A stretch of 26,212 bases of DNA from a bacterium (GCA_043818275.1 JBDRFY010000056.1:1-26212), one strand, 5' to 3'; shown: positions 17,892 to 26,212, numbered from the stretch's first letter. Notes: generated from the sequence alone by a model not told the origin. A program made the numbers and translations.

Positions 17892-18491
17892 TCACTTTTT
17901 ATATTTATTCATATAGTTTATTATTTTCTTTTTTGCCCCTATTTCGGGATATCCCCAAGGGAAATAAAAGTATCTCCATTTTTTGTTTGGTGAAAATTTA
18001 GAATCTAGAAAATATTTAATTTTTTCTGGAAAATTTTTAGGTTTTGTTTTTAGTATTTCATTAATGTGCGGTGTATACTGTTTTATTCTTAAACTTGGGG
18101 TTCCACCAAGTCTAAATCTAAAAATAATTTTATTTATTTTGTTCCATGGAATAAATGTGCTTTTTTTTAATCCAATATTGCAAACCAAAGCCCCTTCAAT
18201 TGCGTTGTAGATGTACATTCCTTCAGGGGTTAATTTTATAAGGGGGATATATTTTTTACCCTTGAAAGGATAATTTTTGTAGTTCATATACAAAGATATA
18301 ATTTCCACACATATAAAAATAACATACATAAGAAAAAGAACTGTAAGAATTGGTATAGAAAATTCAAATAAAAATATAGGTACTATTACAAATAAAATTA
18401 TTCCTATGATAATAACGAATAGAAAGTCAAAAAAATATGTTTTATTTGAGTATATTTTCATTGAATGTATTATTTCTTCTTCTTCTCTCAT
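17892..18491 (-). CDS. Hypothetical membrane protein (two N-terminal TM helices)
   Basis: 199-aa ORF immediately downstream of gatB with two hydrophobic segments. No family recognised. Confidence 0.6.
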   Translation of the reverse strand: MREEEEIIHSMKIYSNKTYFFDFLFVIIIGIILFVIVPIFLFEFSIPILTVLFLMYVIFICVEIISLYMNYKNYPFKGKKYIPLIKLTPEGMYIYNAIEGALVCNIGLKKSTFIPWNKINKIIFRFRLGGTPSLRIKQYTPHINEILKTKPKNFPEKIKYFLDSKFSPNKKWRYFYFPWGYPEIGAKKKIINYMNKYKK

Positions 18492-18519
18492 TACGTTATC
18501 CTTTTTTTTATCTAGAAAT

Positions 18520-19962
18520 TTATTTCAGATGTTTTTCGTATAATTTTTGAATAATAACAGGATTTCCTTTGCCCTTTGTTTCTTTCATTGCAAGACCGAC
18601 AAAAAATTTAATTAATCTATCGTTTCCTGAGAGATATTTTGCTTTTTGGTCAGGGTTGTCATTGATAATTTTAAGAACAATTTTTTCCAATTCTTTTTCA
18701 TCGCTAACTTGTTCCAAGCCTTTTTCTTTAATTATCTCAATAGGTGATTTTCCTGTTTTTGCCATTGTTTCGAAAACTTCTTGTGCAATTTTTGTATTAA
18801 TAGAACCATTATCAATTTCCTGAATTAATTGAGCAAAATTTTGTGGCGTGATTTTAGCTTCTTCAAGTGTAATCTTTTGTGCCTTTAAATAGCCAAGAAC
18901 ATCTCTTAAAAGCCAATTACAAATTTGTTTTGGTAAATTTATAATTTTTACTGTTTGCTCAAAAAAAACGGCAAGTTTTACATCTTCAGACATAATTGAT
19001 GCTTCATCATATGATAAAGAATAATTTTTTTGAAAGCGGTTAATTTTTTCATGTGGAAGTTCCGGAATTTGTTTTTTTATTTCATTTATCCATTTTTGAT
19101 CAACATCAATTACTGGCATATCTGGATCGGTAAAATATCGATAATCTTGCGCTTCTTCTTTTGAACGCATAAAAACGGTTTTGTGTTCTTTTGTGTCCCA
19201 GGTTCTTGTTTCCTGTTTTATTTTTTCATTGTTTTGTAGTTTTTTAATTTGGCGTTCAATTTCGTATTCAATAGCATGAGCAACAAATTTAAATGAATTA
19301 ACATTTTTAATTTCAACTTTTGTTCCCAGTTTTGTTTCATTTTTTTTTCGGACTGAAACATTTACATCTGCGCGAAAAGAACCCTCATCCATATTTGCAT
19401 CACTTATATCCAGATATCTTAAGATAGAGTGCAAACGAATTAAGTATTTTCTTGCTTCATCTGCTGAGTTCATGTCAGGTTTACTGACAATTTCGAGTAA
19501 TGGTGTACCACTTCTGTTTAAATCAATTAAACTTTTATTGTTTTTTCCATGAATCATTTTTCCAGCATCTTCTTCCATGTGAATTCGTTCCAGATGTATT
19601 TTTTTTGTTTTATTATCATCAATTTCTATTGGAATAAAACCATCACGACAAATTGGATTTTCTCCTTGTGTAATCTGATAATTTTTAGGTGTGTCCGGAT
19701 AAATATAATGTTTTCTTGCAAAATCTGATTCGGGTTGAATTTTACAATTTGTCGCAAGGCCTAACATGATTGCAAAATCCACAACTTTTTTATTTAAAAC
19801 TGGAAGTGTTCCTGGGTGTCCCGCGCATATAACGCAAATATTTGTATTTGGTTTGTCTCCAAATTTATTTGAACAAGAACAATAAATTTTTGATTTTGTT
19901 TTTAATTGTGTGTGAACTTCTATTCCAATAACCGCTTTGTAATCAGGAAATTTTTCTAACAT
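18520..19962 (-). CDS. gatB: Asp-tRNA(Asn)/Glu-tRNA(Gln) amidotransferase subunit B
   Basis: IGIEVHTQL, PGTLPVLN, RKHYIYPDTPKNYQITQ, HMEEDAGK, NRSGTPLLEIV, EIKNVNS and DYRYF motifs. Confidence 0.97.
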   Translation of the reverse strand: MLEKFPDYKAVIGIEVHTQLKTKSKIYCSCSNKFGDKPNTNICVICAGHPGTLPVLNKKVVDFAIMLGLATNCKIQPESDFARKHYIYPDTPKNYQITQGENPICRDGFIPIEIDDNKTKKIHLERIHMEEDAGKMIHGKNNKSLIDLNRSGTPLLEIVSKPDMNSADEARKYLIRLHSILRYLDISDANMDEGSFRADVNVSVRKKNETKLGTKVEIKNVNSFKFVAHAIEYEIERQIKKLQNNEKIKQETRTWDTKEHKTVFMRSKEEAQDYRYFTDPDMPVIDVDQKWINEIKKQIPELPHEKINRFQKNYSLSYDEASIMSEDVKLAVFFEQTVKIINLPKQICNWLLRDVLGYLKAQKITLEEAKITPQNFAQLIQEIDNGSINTKIAQEVFETMAKTGKSPIEIIKEKGLEQVSDEKELEKIVLKIINDNPDQKAKYLSGNDRLIKFFVGLAMKETKGKGNPVIIQKLYEKHLK

Positions 19963-19982
19963 TTAAAATTCTTTCATAATAT

Positions 19983-20040
19983 AGATCCTGAAACTTCTCG
20001 ACAATCCCGCTATTTGCGGGACGAAGTTCAGGATGACAAA
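19983..20040. repeat. TGTC-tagged REP-like palindrome with a GC-rich hairpin module inserted in its loop
   Basis: AGATCCTGAA...TTCAGGATGACAAA arms are identical to the 9439 copy. The loop is replaced by ACTTCTCGACAA-TCCCGC-TATTT-GCGGGA-CGAAG. Confidence 0.85.
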
Positions 20041-20067
20041 TAGGTTTAAATTTTTTTATGGTTGTAA

Positions 20068-21582
20068 TTATTCAACATAAATTTTTGATTGTTTATCAGT
20101 CAGTGATGCATCACTTTCTAAAATAATTTTTGCGTTTAATTCTTTTTCTAATTCTAAAATTGATGTGTATTCATTATGAATTAAATAATTAAATATTTTT
20201 GGTGATATTGCCAGGTCTATGGTTCCCTTGTAATTATTTCTGAGGCAATCTTCTTTAAAGTCTTTTAATATTTCATATGTGTTGGTTGTATCTGATTTTA
20301 CAAAACCATAGGAATGACAATTTGGGCAAACTGTTGTTAGTTGCTGAATAAGCGTTTTTCCGGATCTTTTTCTTGTCATTTGAACAAGACCAAATTCAGA
20401 AATTTTTAAAATAACTGATTGATATTTATCTCTTTCTTTGAGCATTTTTTCTAAATGTCTGGATAATTTTTGTTTATTTGTGTGGCTTGCCATATCAATA
20501 AAATCTATAACAATTAATCCACCAATATTTCTTAATCTTAATTGTCTTACTATTTCTTCAGCTGCTTCCAGATTTGTTTGTAAAATTGTTTCTTCCATTG
20601 AACCCTGACCTGTAAATTTACCGGTGTTTACGTCAATTACGGTCATTGCTTCTGTTGTTTCAATAATCAAAGAACCGCCAGATCTTAATGGAACTTTTTT
20701 TTCTAACGTTGCTTCAATTTGTTCATCAATTTTATATTTATCAAAAAGAGAAGGGAAATTGTCATGATATTTAATTTTTGAGATAAGTTCAGGGGTATAA
20801 TATTTTACAAATCTTATTATTGCTGCCTGATCTTGTTTATTATCTGTTATTACTTCAGTAATATCTTCATCCAAATGTTCTCTGATAACCCGAATTGTTA
20901 CAGGTAAATCTTCGTAAATTTTCTCGCCAATTTGTGCTTTTTTATATTTTTTTAAAATGGCTTTCCATGTAGATATTAAAAAGCCGAGATCTTTTTTTAT
21001 GTCTTTTGCACTTCTGCCTTCAGCAGTAGTTCTAATTATAGCACCCATATGAATTGGTAAATTTGTTGTTAAAATTTCTTTTAAACGCGTTCTTTCTTCC
21101 CGGTCTTCAATTTTTTTTGAAACACCAATTTGTGGAATATTTGGCATTAAAACTACAAATTTTCCTGGTAACGTAAAACAGGTTGTCAGCTTGGCTCCTT
21201 TTTCATAAACTGGTTCTTTTAAAACCTGAATAAGAATACTTTCACCTTCTCTTACTATTTTTTCTATTGAGATTGCTTTTTTTAATTTTTTATCAATTGC
21301 TTCCTGTTCTTTTGTTTCATCTATTTGTAGTGATTCGGCTGTTTTTTCAATAGCTAATGCCCGATCAATTTCTGTTATATGCAAGAAACCTGATTTGGTT
21401 TGTCCGATGTCAACAAAAGCGGTTTGAATACCTGGAAGAACTTTAGAAACTTTTCCCTTAAAAAAAGAACGTTCAAGTTCTTCTTTTAAATTGGATTCGA
21501 AATAAATATCTCGTAATTTATCATTTTGTAATATAGCAACCCTTGTTTGCCAGGGTTCTTTGTTTATTAAAATTTTTTTCAA
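20068..21582 (-). CDS. rng: Rne/Rng family ribonuclease (RNase G-sized)
   Basis: VLPGIQTAFVDIG, S1 domain, IIRT, VIDVNTG, RQLRLRNIGGLIVIDFIDM and CPNC. The likely start is TTG 21582 after GGGGA (ORF track opens at 21639). Confidence 0.92.
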   Translation of the reverse strand: MKKILINKEPWQTRVAILQNDKLRDIYFESNLKEELERSFFKGKVSKVLPGIQTAFVDIGQTKSGFLHITEIDRALAIEKTAESLQIDETKEQEAIDKKLKKAISIEKIVREGESILIQVLKEPVYEKGAKLTTCFTLPGKFVVLMPNIPQIGVSKKIEDREERTRLKEILTTNLPIHMGAIIRTTAEGRSAKDIKKDLGFLISTWKAILKKYKKAQIGEKIYEDLPVTIRVIREHLDEDITEVITDNKQDQAAIIRFVKYYTPELISKIKYHDNFPSLFDKYKIDEQIEATLEKKVPLRSGGSLIIETTEAMTVIDVNTGKFTGQGSMEETILQTNLEAAEEIVRQLRLRNIGGLIVIDFIDMASHTNKQKLSRHLEKMLKERDKYQSVILKISEFGLVQMTRKRSGKTLIQQLTTVCPNCHSYGFVKSDTTNTYEILKDFKEDCLRNNYKGTIDLAISPKIFNYLIHNEYTSILELEKELNAKIILESDASLTDKQSKIYVE

Positions 21583-21771
21583 TTTTGTCCCCACTAAAAA
21601 CTTTTTAAATTTTTCCTTTTTCCTTGTACTTATAGTCAAGATTATGAAATAAAGTTTATTATAAACAAATTTAATCAGAATTAGTAGGAAATTACCAAGA
21701 TTTGTGATAATATATTACCGTGTTCGTTAAAAAAATGTACTTTTTTGTGGATGATTTTTGGGAGTATTAAC

Positions 21772-22518
21772 ATGAAGTTTCGAAGTTTTTCTTTAAAGTC
21801 TTTTCTTCCTGTATTAATTTTATTTGCTCTTTTGTTCGTAGGTTGTGGTAAGAAAAAAGAAGATTCTTCACCAAAATTAGAAAAGGGCAAAAAAATTGCA
21901 CAAATTGAGAATACAGAGTTGATGGCAGAAAGCGGAATTCCTCTTTATGACGAAGAAATAGAAGATTTTGATGATTCGATTTCCGATTTTGCTGTTGTTG
22001 AGAATGATGATTACTCAAATTTTGAAGATTTAAAACAGGAAGATTCATTTAAAATTGCTGATTTAAGCCAGGATGATATTTTTATTAAAGATGAAATGGA
22101 TGATGTTGATTGGGAAGATGAGGAGTTACTTGCTCTTGAAGAAGAAACTGAAATTATTGATGACTATAAATTTAAAAATGTTCAGTTTGCGTTAAATAAA
22201 TATGGAGTCAGAACAGATCAGAAAAATATCCTTGATGAAAATTTAAGGTTGGCAAAGCGTGCCTCAGAAGAAGGTAAAAATTTAACAATTATTGGTCATG
22301 CTTGTCAGCTTGGAGATGCGGCATATAATATGCCTTTATCAGAAAATAGAGCAAAAGCTATTAAAAATCTTTTTGTGAAAAATGGTATATCCCATGATAA
22401 GATAAAAGTTATAGGAATGGGTCAGGAAAGACCGCTTGTTTGGAGTAATGAAACAGAAAAAGAAAAATTAATTGATGATTTGGCTCCAAACAGACGTGTT
22501 GAAATTTTAATAAATTAA
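21772..22518 (+). CDS. OmpA-family (Pal-like) peptidoglycan-binding lipoprotein with a long acidic linker
   Basis: Lipobox FVGC and C-terminal OmpA motifs (GHAC..G...YNMPLSENRA, GMGQERP, NRRVEI). ATG 21772 follows GGGAG. Confidence 0.85.
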   Translation: MKFRSFSLKSFLPVLILFALLFVGCGKKKEDSSPKLEKGKKIAQIENTELMAESGIPLYDEEIEDFDDSISDFAVVENDDYSNFEDLKQEDSFKIADLSQDDIFIKDEMDDVDWEDEELLALEEETEIIDDYKFKNVQFALNKYGVRTDQKNILDENLRLAKRASEEGKNLTIIGHACQLGDAAYNMPLSENRAKAIKNLFVKNGISHDKIKVIGMGQERPLVWSNETEKEKLIDDLAPNRRVEILIN

Positions 22519-22541
22519 GAAATATTTTGTAAATAAAATTT

Positions 22542-22567
22542 AAGGCTCTCGAAAGAGAGCCTTTTTT
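22542..22567 (+). terminator. Intrinsic terminator between convergent genes
   Basis: AAGGCTCTC-GAAA-GAGAGCCTT stem followed by a T-run. Confidence 0.8.
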
Positions 22568-22982
22568 AAATAAGCTTCGTTTTTATTTGATCAACTATTT
22601 TTTTCATGAGCAGGTAGTGTTTTTCGATTCTATTATTTAGTTCTTCTGCAAATTCTTCATGATATGTGTGAGAAGACAAATTGCGATCATCAACTATATT
22701 TAATAATTGTTTTGCCTCTTCTTCATTAACCAGACCAGCCTTAAAACAATAACGAAAAGTTGGTTTTGGACCAGGTTCAAGATCAACACCATAAATTTTT
22801 TTGAAATAAAGTCTTAAAAATTTCCATAGCGTATCTACGCAAAATTCAAAACTTTGTATTTTAGAGTTTCTTAAATGCTCTAAGTATTCCTTTTCTTGTA
22901 ATGTTTCAAAATCATTTATTGCTTTTTTCAAAAAGGTTAGTGTTTTTTCAGCTGTATTGAAGCGTTCTTTTATTTTTTCCAT
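22566..22982 (-). CDS. HEPN toxin (HI0074-family nucleotidyltransferase substrate-binding protein)
   Basis: IQSFEFC..LWK, DDRNLSSHTY (R-X4-H-X-Y). Overlaps the upstream MNT gene. Confidence 0.88.
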   Translation of the reverse strand: MEKIKERFNTAEKTLTFLKKAINDFETLQEKEYLEHLRNSKIQSFEFCVDTLWKFLRLYFKKIYGVDLEPGPKPTFRYCFKAGLVNEEEAKQLLNIVDDRNLSSHTYHEEFAEELNNRIEKHYLLMKKIVDQIKTKLI

Positions 22983-23260
22983 ATAATTCTTTCCTTTAAT
23001 ATTCGGGATTTCATTGTTGGTGAAATTGAATTAAAATCAATTATATCGATGTCCAGTGGAATATTAAGATCATCAATTGATAAGCGAATTGAGGCTATTT
23101 TCTCTTTTTCTATTTTTTCCCCTGCATCCAAAGCTATATCTATATCCGAATATTGACTATATTCTCCTGTTGCGCGAGACCCAAATAAATAAATTTTTGC
23201 TTCAGGTAAATATTTATTTATAAGTTTTATTAATTTTTCTTTATATTCTTTTTTTACCAT
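22970..23260 (-). CDS. Minimal nucleotidyltransferase (MNT) antitoxin
   Basis: YLFGSRATGEYSQYSDID matches G-S-X10-D-X-D. 96 aa. Confidence 0.9.
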   Translation of the reverse strand: MVKKEYKEKLIKLINKYLPEAKIYLFGSRATGEYSQYSDIDIALDAGEKIEKEKIASIRLSIDDLNIPLDIDIIDFNSISPTMKSRILKERIIWKK

Positions 23261-23361
23261 TTTTTAAGCTTGCCCGTTTTAAAGATCAAAAAATTCAATG
23301 ATAATGTACATTTTAGCTTCCAATGATTGATAAAACAAGTATTTTACTCTTAAGATTTTTT

Positions 23362-25380
23362 TTATTGAGTTGGTACGATAAAAATACTGCTTTTGAATTT
23401 TTGAAGGTTAATATTTTTTAATATTTCGTGAACAGATTTAAAATCTTTTGCTTTTATAAAAATTTGTCTGCATTCGGTTTTTTGAATTTTGTAAATTATT
23501 GGTTTTGATGGACCTAGTATTTTCAAATTTAAATTTTGATTTTTATTTTTTAGGATATTTGTAAGTTGATTTGAATCCGCTTCCAATTGTTCAATGTTAT
23601 CATTTTTCAATTCTATCTGAACAAGCCGGCCAAAGGGTGGATAATTTATTATTTTTCTATTTTCCTTTTCATATTGGCAAAATTCAAGATATTTTGTTTC
23701 ATCTAAAAAATTAAAGATTTCATGTTTCTGCATTGCCTGAACAATAACGTTTCCGGTTTTTTCGCCTCTTCCAGTTCTTCCTGCTACCTGAATTAATTTT
23801 TGCAGACATGTTTCAGTTGCGTTAAAAACAGGAAAATGCAGATTTAGATCAGCCCATAAAATTCCAACCAACGTTACATTTGGAAAGTGATAACCTTTTG
23901 TAATAACTTGTGTGCCGACTAAAATATCAATTTCTCCATCATTAAATTTTTGTACGGTTTCGTTCCATTTTCTTTTTTTTGTTGTTGTGTCCATATCTGC
24001 GCGTTCAATTATGGCAGTTGGAAACATTTCTTGTAATATTTTAACCGTTTGTTGTGTTCCGATTCCTTTTTTTAAAAAATTTTTTTCAGATGTTTTACAC
24101 TCTGGGCAGGCTGCAGGTAAGTTTTTTTTGTGATCACAATAATGACAACACAGTTTTTTTTGTTCCTCGTTATTATGCAGCGTTAGGCTGACAGAACAGT
24201 TAGGGCATTCAAAAATGAAACCACAGTTTTTACATTGAACAAAAAAGCTAAATCCACGACGGTTTATGTAAATTATGGTTTGTTCTTTTTTTTCCAGTTT
24301 TTCTTTTATTTGTTGTTCAAGTTCTGTTGTTATCCAAAAATTTTTGCGACGTTTTGTGGACCCCGGCGTAGCTTTATGCGTAGACGGGTTTTCATTGAAA
24401 TAAACAAATTTTATTTCTGGAAAATTTCCACCAAATCTTTTTTTTAGCTGAAAAAATTTCCAGTTATTTTTTTCAATATTGTATAAAGAATTTAAAGAGG
24501 GGGTTGCAGATCCTAAAAGTATTGGAATTTTATAAAAATTTGCGCGCCAAATTGCAAGTTCTTTACTGTTAAGTTTAGGATGTTTTTTTTCCTGAAATCC
24601 TGTTTCGTGTTCTTCGTCAACTATTATTAATCCCAGATTTGAAATTGGGAGTAGTATTGGTAAATGCACCCCAATTATTAAAATTGGTTTGCCTAAAATA
24701 AGTGAGTTCCACAATTCTTTTTTTTCTTTTTCCTTGCTCGCAGAATGAAATCCAAAGATTTCAATGCCTGAAGGAAGTTGTTTTTTTAATAAGTTTTGAA
24801 ATTGCAGACTTAATGTTACTTCTGGCAACAACAAAATAGTTGTTTTTTGTTCGTTAAAATTTTGCAAGATTAAATTTTTATAAATTTCTGTTTTTCCTGA
24901 ACCTGTAACTCCATGAAGTAAAGTTGGCGAATAATCTGAATTTCGAATAAACCCTTCAAGGTAATTAATTACTGTTTGTTGTTCTTTTGTCAGGTTTATT
25001 TCAATACTTTTTGTTTTTTCAAATTCATTTTTCCATGGAATTTGTTCACGGTCTTCTTCTTTATTATTTTTGAGCAAAAAATTTCTTATCCGTTGATGGA
25101 AATGAATTGGTTTTACGAAGTAAAATTCAGAAATTTTTTTAATGAAATCATAATAAAATGGATCCATTGGCATTTTTTCAAGATCAATTGCCTCTCTAAT
25201 TTCAAAATCTATGTTTTGAGGCTTTATTTTATGCTGATAAATAACAAGAGCCGGTAAAAGTTTGTTTTTTAATGGAACCTTAACTACTTTTCCAACTAAA
25301 AACTGATTTTTAAGCTTTGGTGGAATTTTGTAGGTCAGCTCTCTTGAAAATCCTTTAAGTAGTCTGACTAATATGTACAT
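23362..25380 (-). CDS. priA: Primosomal protein N' (replication restart helicase), with a short repeat-derived insertion
   Basis: GVTGSGKT, DEEH, GSATP, NRRG, four CxxC pairs, GTQ and QVAGRTGR. The likely start is ATG 25380 (ORF track 25413). Confidence 0.95.
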   Translation of the reverse strand: MYILVRLLKGFSRELTYKIPPKLKNQFLVGKVVKVPLKNKLLPALVIYQHKIKPQNIDFEIREAIDLEKMPMDPFYYDFIKKISEFYFVKPIHFHQRIRNFLLKNNKEEDREQIPWKNEFEKTKSIEINLTKEQQTVINYLEGFIRNSDYSPTLLHGVTGSGKTEIYKNLILQNFNEQKTTILLLPEVTLSLQFQNLLKKQLPSGIEIFGFHSASKEKEKKELWNSLILGKPILIIGVHLPILLPISNLGLIIVDEEHETGFQEKKHPKLNSKELAIWRANFYKIPILLGSATPSLNSLYNIEKNNWKFFQLKKRFGGNFPEIKFVYFNENPSTHKATPGSTKRRKNFWITTELEQQIKEKLEKKEQTIIYINRRGFSFFVQCKNCGFIFECPNCSVSLTLHNNEEQKKLCCHYCDHKKNLPAACPECKTSEKNFLKKGIGTQQTVKILQEMFPTAIIERADMDTTTKKRKWNETVQKFNDGEIDILVGTQVITKGYHFPNVTLVGILWADLNLHFPVFNATETCLQKLIQVAGRTGRGEKTGNVIVQAMQKHEIFNFLDETKYLEFCQYEKENRKIINYPPFGRLVQIELKNDNIEQLEADSNQLTNILKNKNQNLNLKILGPSKPIIYKIQKTECRQIFIKAKDFKSVHEILKNINLQKFKSSIFIVPTQ
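24356..24388 (-). repeat. Single GC-rich palindromic element in frame in priA
   Basis: Minus strand CCC-GT-CTACG-CATAAAG-CTACG-CC-GGG-GTCCAC, encoding (N)PSTHKATPGST. Same core as the ddl outer element (PTSHKAS). The distal boundary is approximate. Confidence 0.75.
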
Positions 25381-26014
25381 TATTTGGCTTTTCGAAGTTT
25401 TTGTAAGCATCAATTGATGGAATTATTGGTTGGTGAACCTTTATGCTTATTTTTGTAAATGGAAGAGGTATTTTAAATTGATCCCAACTTTTTGTTATTT
25501 TTATAGCGCTTTGAGTTTTACATTCAACAAAAACAAGAGGCAGTTTTGATTTTGCTGCTAAATAAATCACTCCTCTTTGCAACTGAAATGCCGGTCCTCG
25601 TGAACCATCTCCAACAATACAAATTTTTTTATTTGCGTCTAAAATTTCCAGACCTTGTCTGATGAGTTGTACCGATTTTTTATAAGCTGAACCATATAAA
25701 ACTTTAAAGCCCAATTTTTGTAAAACATATCCAATAATTTTTCCATCATTGCTTGGGCTTACAATACTGTATCCAACACTTTTTTGTTTAAAAAAGAAGA
25801 ACATCGCCGCGATTATATTTTGATGCCAAAAATAAAAAACCCCATTCCATTTACTCATAGGCATTTCTAATTTTTCATCAACTTCAATTTCAAGGCGATA
25901 AGTTTTAAATATTAATTTGGCAACTATTACAAGGAAGTTTTTAACTAGATAGCTGAGTAGCCTGTTATTTTTTAGAATTTTAAATATAAATTTTAAAGAT
26001 TTGGGTGTTTGCAT
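25355..26014 (-). CDS. DUF374 / lysophospholipid acyltransferase family protein
   Basis: FWHQN, SPSNDG, YGS, DGSRGP and SWDQFKIPLPF motifs. Confidence 0.85.
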   Translation of the reverse strand: MQTPKSLKFIFKILKNNRLLSYLVKNFLVIVAKLIFKTYRLEIEVDEKLEMPMSKWNGVFYFWHQNIIAAMFFFFKQKSVGYSIVSPSNDGKIIGYVLQKLGFKVLYGSAYKKSVQLIRQGLEILDANKKICIVGDGSRGPAFQLQRGVIYLAAKSKLPLVFVECKTQSAIKITKSWDQFKIPLPFTKISIKVHQPIIPSIDAYKNFEKPNNVHISQTT

Positions 26015-26049
26015 GAAGGGTCCTGAAAGGTTAATTATTATTTTTTATT

Positions 26050-26070
26050 AGAGATTCTGAATCAAGTTCA
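26050..26070. repeat. Truncated copy of the TGTC-tagged palindrome
   Basis: AGAGATTCTGAATCAAGTTCA matches the first 21 nt of the 9439 copy at 20/21 positions. The right end is lost. Confidence 0.75.
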
Positions 26071-26139
26071 CAACTGTCCGAAGTGTTTTTAAATTTTAAC
26101 GTTTGCATTTGTACGTTAAGTTTATAATTACATTGACAA

Positions 26140-26200
26140 GCCCATGAAATGGGCGGCTTTTAGTAGCCCAGTGCAAAACGCAAAGCGTTGCAGCTCTGGG
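26140..26200 (+). repeat. GC-rich hairpin cluster including a GTAG-tagged REP-like stem (26163-26200)
   Basis: GCCCAT-GAA-ATGGGC, then GTAG-CCCAG-T-GC-AA-AACGC-AAA-GCGTT-GCA-GC-T-CTGGG. Single copy in the window. Confidence 0.5.
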
Positions 26201-26212
26201 TAAAAATAATAC

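Noticed and set aside
1483..25257. Short opposite-strand or alternate-frame ORFs in the track (e.g. 1483-1719, 3155-3469, 6308-6634, 11383-11718, 11543-11752, 14489-14821, 18569-18823, 24235-24447)
   Set aside because: They overlap well-supported genes, have no recognisable motifs, and look like shadow ORFs.
26103..26166. Sigma70 promoter from TTGACA (26133) or TATAAT (26123)
   Set aside because: There is no partner hexamer at 16-18 nt spacing, and such hexamers are frequent by chance in AT-rich DNA.

Overview
Strongly AT-rich bacterial chromosome segment read with the standard bacterial code. It is mostly housekeeping genes: nusA-infB-lpxK-GT4 glycosyltransferase-crcB, nfo, psd, rpe, two tandem ddl-like ligases, ruvA, gatB, RNase G/E, an OmpA/Pal lipoprotein, priA and a DUF374 acyltransferase. 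Interspersed are predicted exported orphan proteins (a PPP-type phosphatase, two stand-alone FtsH/M41-like HEXXH proteases, a pair of small paralogs) and an MNT-HEPN toxin-antitoxin pair. Gene content and style suggest an intracellular protist parasite such as Candidatus Babelota (Dependentiae/TM6); this is inference only. The most striking signal is a family of ~30-bp GC-rich palindromic elements (YCC-NN-YTWCG-spacer-CTWCG-NN-GGR-CRNG) inserted in frame inside psd, ddl and priA. In psd and ddl a second copy is nested at the same GCT^TC site of the first, and the two psd units show compensatory stem changes. A hairpin module of this family also sits in the loop of a separate intergenic TGTC-tagged REP-like palindrome, another copy of which supplies the C-terminus and stop codon of psd. 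No transposase, CRISPR array, tRNA or rRNA was seen.
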